This document shows, piece by piece, positions 16,772 to 24,995 of a DNA stretch of 25,071 nt. The notes under the pieces are model-generated. The model searched no databases. It was not told the origin of the DNA and was given only the letters and a program-made list of their open reading frames with translations. The first letter of the stretch is position 1. Each line of letters starts with the position of its first letter. Origin of the DNA: a virus (taxonomy: Duplodnaviria; Caudoviricetes). Made by a program: the position numbers and the translations under genes. The stretch covers positions 1 to 25,071 of IMG/VR virus record IMGVR_UViG_3300017913_000587, one strand, 5' to 3'.

Positions 16772-17674
16772 ATGGAAAGCATACAACTCCTGATAGATGC
16801 TGATAGTATGTACTTCAGAACCTGCATGGTAACCCAGAAGCAGAACGAGGTACGTAAAGGTATCAAGAACTCTATCAAGGAAATCAAAGACAACTGTGCC
16901 CCTGAGATATTCGACATAGAAACTGGCTACGTTAAGCGAGATGTCGAACTCAGGATTGCAGTTAAGGGTGCTGACAATTTCAGGTATGACGTATATGATC
17001 TCTACAAAGGAAATCGTAAGCGTGATCTGGAGGAAGCCATTAAGAAATGTTTGGGCTATGCTCACGATCATTTGATCCAAGAGCATGGAGCTATACGCTG
17101 TGATGGTATGGAGGCTGACGACATGGTAGCTATCTGGGCTTGGGAGTGTATCCTAAGTGAGACACCTTATGTCGTGGTGCATATCGATAAGGATCTGGAT
17201 ATGATTCCGGGTACACACTACAACTTTGTAAAGCAAGAGACTTACACTGTTGACTTCGATACTGCACACTACAACTTCATCAAGCAGATTCTTACAGGTG
17301 ACAACGCAGATAACATACCGGGAGTCAAGGGTATCGGTCCAAAGAAAGCTGAGAAACTACTAGAAGGAGTACCATTTGATCAACGGTACAGGAAAGTAAA
17401 GGAAGCTTGGAACGGTAACCTTGAGGACATGCACAGATCTGCTAGACTCTTATGGATGTCTACCACATTCGAGGAGGCTGAAGGTGCTAACGAAGCAATC
17501 ATCAAGCGCCTAGAAGCCAAGACTCTGGATGAGTTCTGGCTAGGTAAACAGGAGGAACAAGATGAAACACCACCTGCCAGTGAAGCCAGTGAGTGCGAAC
17601 AGGATGTTCGGGAAGAAAGGGAAGACAACCTTCAAGACGAGGGAGTATCAGGACTATCAGGAGAACATACGTGA
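16772..17674 (+). CDS. 5'-3' exonuclease (T7 gp6-like)
   Basis: IDADS, NFR..Y..YKGNR, EADD, DKDL, GDNADNIPGVKGIGPKKA. Confidence 0.92.
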   Translation: MESIQLLIDADSMYFRTCMVTQKQNEVRKGIKNSIKEIKDNCAPEIFDIETGYVKRDVELRIAVKGADNFRYDVYDLYKGNRKRDLEEAIKKCLGYAHDHLIQEHGAIRCDGMEADDMVAIWAWECILSETPYVVVHIDKDLDMIPGTHYNFVKQETYTVDFDTAHYNFIKQILTGDNADNIPGVKGIGPKKAEKLLEGVPFDQRYRKVKEAWNGNLEDMHRSARLLWMSTTFEEAEGANEAIIKRLEAKTLDEFWLGKQEEQDETPPASEASECEQDVREEREDNLQDEGVSGLSGEHT

Positions 17675-17966
17675 CTACCTGTTAGGTGAGGAGTGGCCCT
17701 TCTCTGATTCTCTGGTTCAATTCACAATAGATGCTGGCCTCTCTAATCGAGGGGCTGACATCGACAATGTAATCAAACCACTGCTCGATACGTATCAAGG
17801 TATGTTCGAGGAGTTCAATGATAACAAAGTTTATCACATTGAAATCACAAAGAATATTGTAAAGAAGGGTGAGGAATACCTTACCGTAACAGTTGAGGAG
17901 TACCATGCAAGCACAGATAACACAGCGGAAGATGACCCCGACAGTGGACTACCCGCCAGCGATTGA
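17562..17966 (+). CDS. rusA: RusA-like Holliday junction resolvase
   Basis: PVSAN, DIDNVIKPLLD, NDNKV; RBS GGAGG. Confidence 0.82.
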   Translation: MKHHLPVKPVSANRMFGKKGKTTFKTREYQDYQENIRDYLLGEEWPFSDSLVQFTIDAGLSNRGADIDNVIKPLLDTYQGMFEEFNDNKVYHIEITKNIVKKGEEYLTVTVEEYHASTDNTAEDDPDSGLPASD

Positions 17967-18864
17967 CTATATGAACAAGCAGTCTAATATCTTTTGGACT
18001 GCTGAAGAAATCAAAGTAGATAAGGATAAACAGGACATCCTTGTCAACATGACGGAGGCTGAACGCCATGCTGTCATCACAACCCTAAAACTATTTACCA
18101 AGTATGAGATGGTAATCGGTGAAGAGTTCTGGATTAAGAACGTAATGAATTGGTTCCCACGCCCTGAGATCCAATCAATGGCTTCCCTCTTTGGAGCAAT
18201 GGAGTTAGCCGTACACGCACCGTTCTACCGAAAGATTAACGAGGAGCTTAACCTTGCAACTGATGAATTCTATGATAGTTATATTGAAGATCCGGTCCTT
18301 GTTGATCGTATTAAGTTTCTTGACGATATACTTGAAGACGACAACATCGCCAGAAGCTTGGGAGCATTCACGTTTGCTGAGGGAGCGATTCTCTACAGCT
18401 CCTTTGCTTTCCTCAAACATTTCCAGTCTCAGGGAAAGAACAAGTTACTAAACGTAGTAGCTGGAATCAACTTCTCCGCTCGTGATGAGGCGCTTCACAG
18501 TGAGGCGGCAGGGTGGTTGTTCCAACAGTACGTAAAAGAAAACGACATAAACGTGCAGGAAATGGAAGAGTACTTCCTCGAAATTGCCGCTAAAGTTTAT
18601 GATCATGAAGAAAAGATTATCGACAAGCTATTCGAGAAAGGAGCAATCGAGGGTATCACAAAGACCCAAATGCTAGTCTTCGTTAAGTCTCGAATCAATA
18701 TCTGTATGCGTAACATGGGCTTCTCAAACATTTACGCTATCGATTATAACCCAGTATCTGATTGGTTCTACAAGGGAATCAATGGCTACGCAATGAACGA
18801 CTTCTTTGTATCTGTAGGTAACCAGTACCAACGTAACTGGACAGGTGCAGGGTTTACATTCTGA
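17905..18864 (+). CDS. nrdB: Class I ribonucleotide reductase beta subunit
   Basis: FWTAEEI, ELAVHAPFY, EGAILYSSF, RDEALH, NDFF; GAGGAG precedes ATG 17905. Confidence 0.92.
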   Translation: MQAQITQRKMTPTVDYPPAIDYMNKQSNIFWTAEEIKVDKDKQDILVNMTEAERHAVITTLKLFTKYEMVIGEEFWIKNVMNWFPRPEIQSMASLFGAMELAVHAPFYRKINEELNLATDEFYDSYIEDPVLVDRIKFLDDILEDDNIARSLGAFTFAEGAILYSSFAFLKHFQSQGKNKLLNVVAGINFSARDEALHSEAAGWLFQQYVKENDINVQEMEEYFLEIAAKVYDHEEKIIDKLFEKGAIEGITKTQMLVFVKSRINICMRNMGFSNIYAIDYNPVSDWFYKGINGYAMNDFFVSVGNQYQRNWTGAGFTF

Positions 18865-18871
18865 GGTAATT

Positions 18872-20557
18872 ATGAGTATTTACAACAAACTATCTGAAGA
18901 ACGAAAAAAACTTCAAGAACAAGGTGAGTGTCCAGAGTGGTTCTCAACTCCCGGTTGGCAGTTATTCAAAGAGAAATACCTGTACCAAGCGAGTACTCCT
19001 CGTGAACAATACGAACGCATTGCTTGCACACTCTCTACTCACACTCCCGATCCGGGTGTCTGGAAGGATAAGTTCTTCGAACTATTATGGAAAGGGTGGT
19101 TGTCACCCTCAACTCCTGTACTGGCTAATACGGGAACGACTAGGGGGCTACCCGTTAGTTGTGCAGGATCTTACATAGAGGATTCTATTGATGCAATTTA
19201 TAGTGGACTTCATGAAACCGCCGCTCTTACTAAAGCAGGTTTTGGGACTGCTTCTTTTCTTGGTGATATACGTCCCCGTGGTACTGATATCAGCGTTGGT
19301 GGTAAATCTAGCGGCCTTCTCCCTGTTCTTGAGTCATATCGTCAAGCGATGTCTTATGTGGCTCAAGGTACATCTCGTCGGGGTAGTTGGGCTGGTTATA
19401 TACCCATCGAACACGGAGACTTCCCAGAGATATGCGACGATCTACTTCACAATCCTGATGGCAACAATATTGGCTGGTGCATTAGCGATGCTTTTATCCA
19501 TCGGCTAGAGGCTGGTGATGAGGATGCTATCAGTCGTTACCAAGCGGCTATGAAAACCAAAATGATTACTGGTAAGGGGTACTTTTTCTTCCCAGATAAG
19601 GCTAATGCAAAGCGACCTCAGTGGTACGTGGATCGTGATCTTGATATCAAAGCGCCACAGTTGTGTGCAGAGATCATGTTGCATAGCTCTAGGGATTACA
19701 CCTACACTTGCGTACTATCATCCATGAACGTGTCTCTATACGATGAATGGAAGGATACTGACGCAGTGTTCGTAGCTACAGTATTCCTTGACTGTGTATG
19801 TCAAGAATTTATTGAGCGTGGCAAGAACGTCCCCGGCTTAGAGAAAGCAATCGCCTTCACCAAGAAGTCTCGTGCGCTTGGTCTTGGGGTATGCGGCTGG
19901 CACACTCTACTACAGAAACGCCGTGTAGTATATGGTGAGTTTCAATCTATGATGCTAAACTCAGAGGTCTTCGGACTACTGGACAGAGAATCTCGTAGGG
20001 CATCAGAATGGTTGGCTGAGACTTGGGGTGAACCTGAATGGATGAAAGGCTACGGTATGGCTAACACCCACCGTCTAGCTGTAGCACCTACTAAGTCTAC
20101 CGCATTAATCATGGGTGGTGTGTCTGAAGGTATCAACCCTGACACAGCATTCATCTACACCCAACGTACTGCGGCTGGGGAAGTAGAGCGTATCAACCCT
20201 ATCCTTCTAGAACTCATGAAGGAGAAGGGAGTATACACTAAGAAATATATTGAGGATGTAAGAGATAACATGGGGTCAGTCCAACACGTTGACTGGCTAG
20301 ATGATCACGAGAAAGCTGTGTTCCGTACAGCCTTCGAGATCCCACAGCTATCTGTACTGACTATGGCTTCTCAACGAGCACAGTTCCTTGATCAATGGCA
20401 ATCCCTCAATCTGTTCTTCTCAGCAGATGAGGATGAAACATATATTAACGAAGTACACAAAGCGGCATTCCAAGATCCAAACATACTTGCGCTGTACTAT
20501 GTGTATTCTAAAGCAGGTGTTCAAGCTTCTAAAGATGAATGCCTAGCGTGTCAATAG
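18872..20557 (+). CDS. nrdA: Class I ribonucleotide reductase alpha subunit, no ATP cone
   Basis: SPSTPVLAN, PVSC, QLCAEI, TCVLSS, APTKST, LYY and C-terminal CLAC; start MSIYNKL with RBS GAGG. Confidence 0.93.
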   Translation: MSIYNKLSEERKKLQEQGECPEWFSTPGWQLFKEKYLYQASTPREQYERIACTLSTHTPDPGVWKDKFFELLWKGWLSPSTPVLANTGTTRGLPVSCAGSYIEDSIDAIYSGLHETAALTKAGFGTASFLGDIRPRGTDISVGGKSSGLLPVLESYRQAMSYVAQGTSRRGSWAGYIPIEHGDFPEICDDLLHNPDGNNIGWCISDAFIHRLEAGDEDAISRYQAAMKTKMITGKGYFFFPDKANAKRPQWYVDRDLDIKAPQLCAEIMLHSSRDYTYTCVLSSMNVSLYDEWKDTDAVFVATVFLDCVCQEFIERGKNVPGLEKAIAFTKKSRALGLGVCGWHTLLQKRRVVYGEFQSMMLNSEVFGLLDRESRRASEWLAETWGEPEWMKGYGMANTHRLAVAPTKSTALIMGGVSEGINPDTAFIYTQRTAAGEVERINPILLELMKEKGVYTKKYIEDVRDNMGSVQHVDWLDDHEKAVFRTAFEIPQLSVLTMASQRAQFLDQWQSLNLFFSADEDETYINEVHKAAFQDPNILALYYVYSKAGVQASKDECLACQ

Positions 20558-20576
20558 CTCGCCGCAAGCGGCTCGC
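20557..20576 (+). promoter_or_regulatory. Conserved 20-bp palindromic element, copy 4
   Basis: GCTCGCCGCAAGCGGCTCGC fills the space between the nrdA stop and the next RBS (AGGAGG). Confidence 0.7.
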
Positions 20577-20588
20577 TTAGGAGGATAA

Positions 20589-20774
20589 ATGATTACTTAC
20601 GAATACAAATGTAAGGATTGTGATCATCGTTTTAGTATTAAACAAAAGATGACTGACGAACCACTAGTACATTGCCCACACTGTAATAAACCAGAGCTAA
20701 AGAAAGTTATCTCTGGGGGTGGTGGGTTTACACTGTCAGGTGGTGGTTGGTCAAGTGGAGGACGACATGGGTAG
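20589..20774 (+). CDS. FmdB-family zinc-ribbon protein
   Basis: YEYKCKDCDHRF...CPHC...KKVIS..GF.L.G.GW. Confidence 0.88.
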   Translation: MITYEYKCKDCDHRFSIKQKMTDEPLVHCPHCNKPELKKVISGGGGFTLSGGGWSSGGRHG

Positions 20775-21132
20775 AGTAAAGGAAGAACTTTGGGCTGATT
20801 ACTATGAGGATGGGACTGTTGTGTACAACCCATCACTCGATCAGCTAACACGCCTCATTGTGCAGTGGGGTCATCAGAAAGGTATCTTACCTAACGGACA
20901 AGCGGAGAAACAGTTTGAGAAGACAGTTGAAGAGGTTGCAGAACTCAAGGATGCAATCGCAGAGAAGGATATACCAGAGATCGCAGACGCAATCGGAGAC
21001 ATCGTTGTCACCCTCATCATGCAATGCGAAGTTCAAGGACTCAACTTCAGAGAGTGTGTACATGGGGCTTACGATGTCATCTCTAAGAGGACAGGTAAAA
21101 TGATCGATGGGGTATTCGTTAAGGATTCGTAA
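20767..21132 (+). CDS. MazG-like NTP pyrophosphohydrolase
   Basis: KTVEEVAEL, DAIGD, YDVISKRTGKMIDGVFVK; RBS GGAGG supports start MGRVKEE at 20767. Confidence 0.85.
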   Translation: MGRVKEELWADYYEDGTVVYNPSLDQLTRLIVQWGHQKGILPNGQAEKQFEKTVEEVAELKDAIAEKDIPEIADAIGDIVVTLIMQCEVQGLNFRECVHGAYDVISKRTGKMIDGVFVKDS

Positions 21133-21257
21133 TGAAACAACAACAGTTTAAAGAAAAGGAAACATCCAATAAAAAGATACAGCGTATAGAGCGTAACTCT
21201 AAACGTAGAAAGAAAAGACTTTCAAAGGATGATCTTTTTGAAATGAGGTGGAAGTAA
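21132..21257 (+). CDS. Small basic protein (41 aa)
   Basis: Not in the track. TAATG coupling; MKQQQFKEKETSNKKIQRIERNSKRRKKRLSKDDLFEMRWK. Confidence 0.65.
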   Translation: MKQQQFKEKETSNKKIQRIERNSKRRKKRLSKDDLFEMRWK

Positions 21258-21274
21258 TACCAAGAGAGGACACA

Positions 21275-22894
21275 ATGGTTGAATCACCACTCGTAAAGAA
21301 ACACCAGCCATGCGATAAGTGTGGCTCATCAGATGCAAAGAGCTATCGTGCTGATGGCTCTGCGTATTGCTTTAGTTGTATGACTAACTTTCCCGGAGAG
21401 GGAACCAACACAATCGAGGAAGAATACATGGAGATAGTAGATCTTCAATCCATCCAAGGCTTTGCGTCTTACCCACTATCATCACGAGGTATCTCACGGG
21501 ACACCGTGGACCACTACGATGTTCGTATGTCTGTCGATATCAACGGTAGACCTGAGGCGCACTACTATCCGTACACACACCGTGGACGTATCGTAGCCTA
21601 TAAACAACGTACATTACCCAAGCAGTTCAGTACTATCGGTAACTTCAAAGACCTTGAACTATTCGGTCAGACTAAGTGCAACGGTGGTAAGATCCTTGTG
21701 ATTACTGAGGGTGAGCTTGATGCTCTTGCAATTAACGAAGCATACAAGCAGACATCCAACAGGTACTACGATGTTGTGTCGTTACCTAATGGTGCGTCAT
21801 CAACGAAAGCTGTACTGGCTAACCTAGAGTTCGTAAGGTCATACAAAGAGGTAGTCATCTGCTTCGACCAAGATGAACCCGGTCAGAAGGCTGTCGATGA
21901 AGTAGCCCGTATGGTTGGTATGGGTAAGGCTAAGGTCGCCAAGCTACAGGAAAAGGATGCCTGTGACGAACTAGCCAAGCACGGTGCTAACAAGCTTATC
22001 GGTTGCATCTGGAACGCTAAGGTGTGGTCACCAGCAGGTGTTGTGGTAGGTGAAGGTATCTGGGATAGATTCCTAGAGCGTAAGAACGTAGAGTCTGTAC
22101 CCTACCCACCATGCTTAGAAGGTCTCAACCAGAAGCTGGAAGGTATGCGGATGGGAGAGATCACACTGTTTACCTCAGGTACTGGCTCAGGTAAGTCTAC
22201 TGTGATCAAGGAGATCATCCTAGATATACTAGAGAAGACTGACGATAAGGTTGGTCTAATCTCCCTTGAAGAATCTATCGGTGACACTGCTGAAAAGTTC
22301 ATCAGCATGGCACTCGAACGTCCACTATTCGGAGAGCCTCCACTTACTGAGGAGGAAATGCGATGGGGCTTTGATAAGGTCTTCAAGGATGAGCGTCTAG
22401 TACTGCTTGACCACCAAGGTTCTGTATCCGATGCATCCCTTATGGAGAAGATCGAGTACATGGCTCTTATGGGTTGCAAGTACTTGGTCCTCGACCACAT
22501 TACCATTGCGGTATCCGAAGGTGCTGATGGCCTCACAGGTAACGAAGCTGTCGATAAGATCATGTCAGATCTGTTGAAGCTGGTCAAACAACACAACGTA
22601 TGGCTGGGTCTGATCAGTCACCTTCGTAAGTCCCAAGGTAGATCTTTCGAGGAGGGTCAATTACCATCCATCGATGACATCAAGGGTTCAGGTTCGATCA
22701 AGCAGATCAGCTTCGACATCATTGCCTTTGCACGTAATCTAGTTGCAGAAGAAGAGTACGAACGTAACACCATCAAGTTGCGTGTACTGAAGTCACGATT
22801 CACTGGTAGGACTGGTGATGCTGGTACAGCAGTATACGATTTCAAAACAACTCGATTGTCTTCAGGAGGGTCTGGAGGCTTCACTATAGAATAG
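21275..22894 (+). CDS. Primase-helicase (T7 gp4-like)
   Basis: Zn finger CDKCGSSD...CFSC, TOPRIM TEGELD and FDQD, Walker A SGTGSGKST, LDH, KGSGSIKQ, KSRFTG; start MVESP at 21275 with RBS GAGGAC. Confidence 0.95.
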   Translation: MVESPLVKKHQPCDKCGSSDAKSYRADGSAYCFSCMTNFPGEGTNTIEEEYMEIVDLQSIQGFASYPLSSRGISRDTVDHYDVRMSVDINGRPEAHYYPYTHRGRIVAYKQRTLPKQFSTIGNFKDLELFGQTKCNGGKILVITEGELDALAINEAYKQTSNRYYDVVSLPNGASSTKAVLANLEFVRSYKEVVICFDQDEPGQKAVDEVARMVGMGKAKVAKLQEKDACDELAKHGANKLIGCIWNAKVWSPAGVVVGEGIWDRFLERKNVESVPYPPCLEGLNQKLEGMRMGEITLFTSGTGSGKSTVIKEIILDILEKTDDKVGLISLEESIGDTAEKFISMALERPLFGEPPLTEEEMRWGFDKVFKDERLVLLDHQGSVSDASLMEKIEYMALMGCKYLVLDHITIAVSEGADGLTGNEAVDKIMSDLLKLVKQHNVWLGLISHLRKSQGRSFEEGQLPSIDDIKGSGSIKQISFDIIAFARNLVAEEEYERNTIKLRVLKSRFTGRTGDAGTAVYDFKTTRLSSGGSGGFTIE

Positions 22895-22901
22895 GTTTCT
22901 T

Positions 22902-24986
22902 ATGACTTGGATAGATAACATAGAGCTATACTTGTTTCTTAAGTTAGAGAACAACTCATCGAGGGACTCCTTTGGGGTCTCTTTGTTGCGTAAATATCCT
23001 GAGGCTCAGAGCAGACTTGGGGAGTACGCACAGATTACACATTCAATTATCTGTGGTAACGCAGAGACAGACGGTACAGTTGCTAGATGTAAGCTAACAA
23101 CCACTAGTATTTCGATTGGTAGCCGCATCATATCTACGCTCAAGTCATCATCCATCATAGACTGGAAGGATGCAGTGCGGGTGGGTGACCTCATGATTGA
23201 GGCGTTCTACCAGCAGGGCTACCTTACCATTGTCAAACCACCTTACAAATCTAAGAAGCCAGTAGAGATTGTACTGACTGAGCACTTTCCCAGCGATATC
23301 CCTGAGGGTGCGGCAAAGATGTCTCTACATGGTGTGTGGTCTACAAAACCTAATAATATCAATAGGTTAGATCAGATCATACGCTTCGATAACTACAGCC
23401 TACGCTTCGTTAGACCTGTAATTAAACGGTGGGATGAACAGATCGATGGTCCTTTCAAGGAACTGTTGAACACACCAGCTATAAAAGCTGTCAACAAACT
23501 TCAGCAGGTAGGTTGGCAAGTAGATAAGGATGTACTCAAGGCAGTCCAGAGTAACCCTCAGAGGTTCTACTCAGAGACTGACAAGGATATGTCTAACGTA
23601 TCTAAGAAGATTGACTACCAGTACACTGTTACCAAGGCCACTAAGCTGGCTGAAATTGATGAATTCTTCTTCGCATTGGACATGGATTACCGTGGAAGGA
23701 TCTACTACGTAGAGTCTTACATGAACTTCCAAGGCTCAGACCTCGCCAGAGGGCTTCTACGCTTCTCTGAGCGACGTTACGTTACACCTGAGGGTCTAAG
23801 GTGGATGAAGATACACACCGCTTGTAGCTTCAATGAGAGCTTCTCACGCAACTCTATACCTGACTGGTGTACAGCAGATTACCAAGCACACCTCGATGCT
23901 GAGGGGCTGGATGATATCTCTGTAGATAAAATGACACTGAGGGACAGGGAGTTGTGGGTGGATAACAACCTAGAGTTGATCTACCGGACAGCCCTAACCA
24001 AGACACTGCACGATTGTGAAAAGCCTGTGTCGTTCTTATCATGTTGCATTGAGCTACTGAACTACAAAGAGTCTGGTGGTCACTACTTCTCCAACCTTCC
24101 GATACCTATTGACGGTAGTAACAACGGGTGGCAACACCTTGGTGCTATCTCTAAGGATGTACGGACAGGTGAGTTGGTAGGTCTTGTACCTGTAGGAATC
24201 CAGAATGACTTCTATGTACAGACAGCTAAGAAGCTAATTGAGATCACCAAAGATCCTGAAAGAAAAGCTATACTCAACACCATGCCTATGAAGAAGATCC
24301 GTAAGGGTATCTCCAAGCGTGGAAGTATGACACGAGCTTACTCTGCGGGAGCACAGAAGATTGCTGAGAATATGTACAACGACTGCAAGCAAGCAGGGTA
24401 CGTCAAGCAGTACGGGATTACAGAGGTACACTGCAAGGGCTTTGCTAGGGATCTAGTCAAAGCTATTGAAGAGGTATGCTCTGGCCCACTGAAGACGATG
24501 AAGTTTCTGCAACGGCTAGCTCAGAGTAAGATTGAGTCAGGCTACGGGTTTATCAAGTGGACTACACCTAGTGGGTTCCCTGTGATATACGTATGTAATC
24601 ACTTCAGATCTGAAAAGCAGAGAGGTACTATCAGTGGTATCGGACAGATCAATCACGTAGCAAAGGTGCAGACAGATGCTCCTGATATCCGTGGGTTTAT
24701 GTGTGGGATATCCCCTAACTACATCCACAGTCAGGACGCTAGTCACATGAGCTTGGTGATTAATGGGTTCGATGGTGCATTCGGTGCAGTACATGATAGC
24801 TTCAGTACCCATGCAGATATGGTGGATGAGTTATGTCAGTTGACAAAGAATGTGTTCGTTGAAATGTATGATGAGCCTAACTACTTTGATGTAATTGAGA
24901 GTAGGCTAGAGGCGAGATCAGAGCAACCTACACTAGGTAACTTAGATATTAATGACGTGAAGAAGTCCGACTACTTCTTTGCATAA
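22902..24986 (+). CDS. Single-subunit DNA-dependent RNA polymerase (T7 superfamily), short form of 694 aa
   Basis: DYRGRIY, motif A IDGSNNGWQH, motif B RKGISKRGSMTRAY, PNYIHSQDASH, motif C HDSF and C-terminal YFFA. The start has only a weak RBS. Confidence 0.93.
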   Translation: MTWIDNIELYLFLKLENNSSRDSFGVSLLRKYPEAQSRLGEYAQITHSIICGNAETDGTVARCKLTTTSISIGSRIISTLKSSSIIDWKDAVRVGDLMIEAFYQQGYLTIVKPPYKSKKPVEIVLTEHFPSDIPEGAAKMSLHGVWSTKPNNINRLDQIIRFDNYSLRFVRPVIKRWDEQIDGPFKELLNTPAIKAVNKLQQVGWQVDKDVLKAVQSNPQRFYSETDKDMSNVSKKIDYQYTVTKATKLAEIDEFFFALDMDYRGRIYYVESYMNFQGSDLARGLLRFSERRYVTPEGLRWMKIHTACSFNESFSRNSIPDWCTADYQAHLDAEGLDDISVDKMTLRDRELWVDNNLELIYRTALTKTLHDCEKPVSFLSCCIELLNYKESGGHYFSNLPIPIDGSNNGWQHLGAISKDVRTGELVGLVPVGIQNDFYVQTAKKLIEITKDPERKAILNTMPMKKIRKGISKRGSMTRAYSAGAQKIAENMYNDCKQAGYVKQYGITEVHCKGFARDLVKAIEEVCSGPLKTMKFLQRLAQSKIESGYGFIKWTTPSGFPVIYVCNHFRSEKQRGTISGIGQINHVAKVQTDAPDIRGFMCGISPNYIHSQDASHMSLVINGFDGAFGAVHDSFSTHADMVDELCQLTKNVFVEMYDEPNYFDVIESRLEARSEQPTLGNLDINDVKKSDYFFA

Positions 24987-24995
24987 GGAGAGATA

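Noticed and set aside
8345-20576. Palindromic 20-mers as CRISPR repeats or intrinsic terminators
   Set aside because: They are dispersed over kilobases with no spacer periodicity, there are no cas genes, and only 2-3 U follow.
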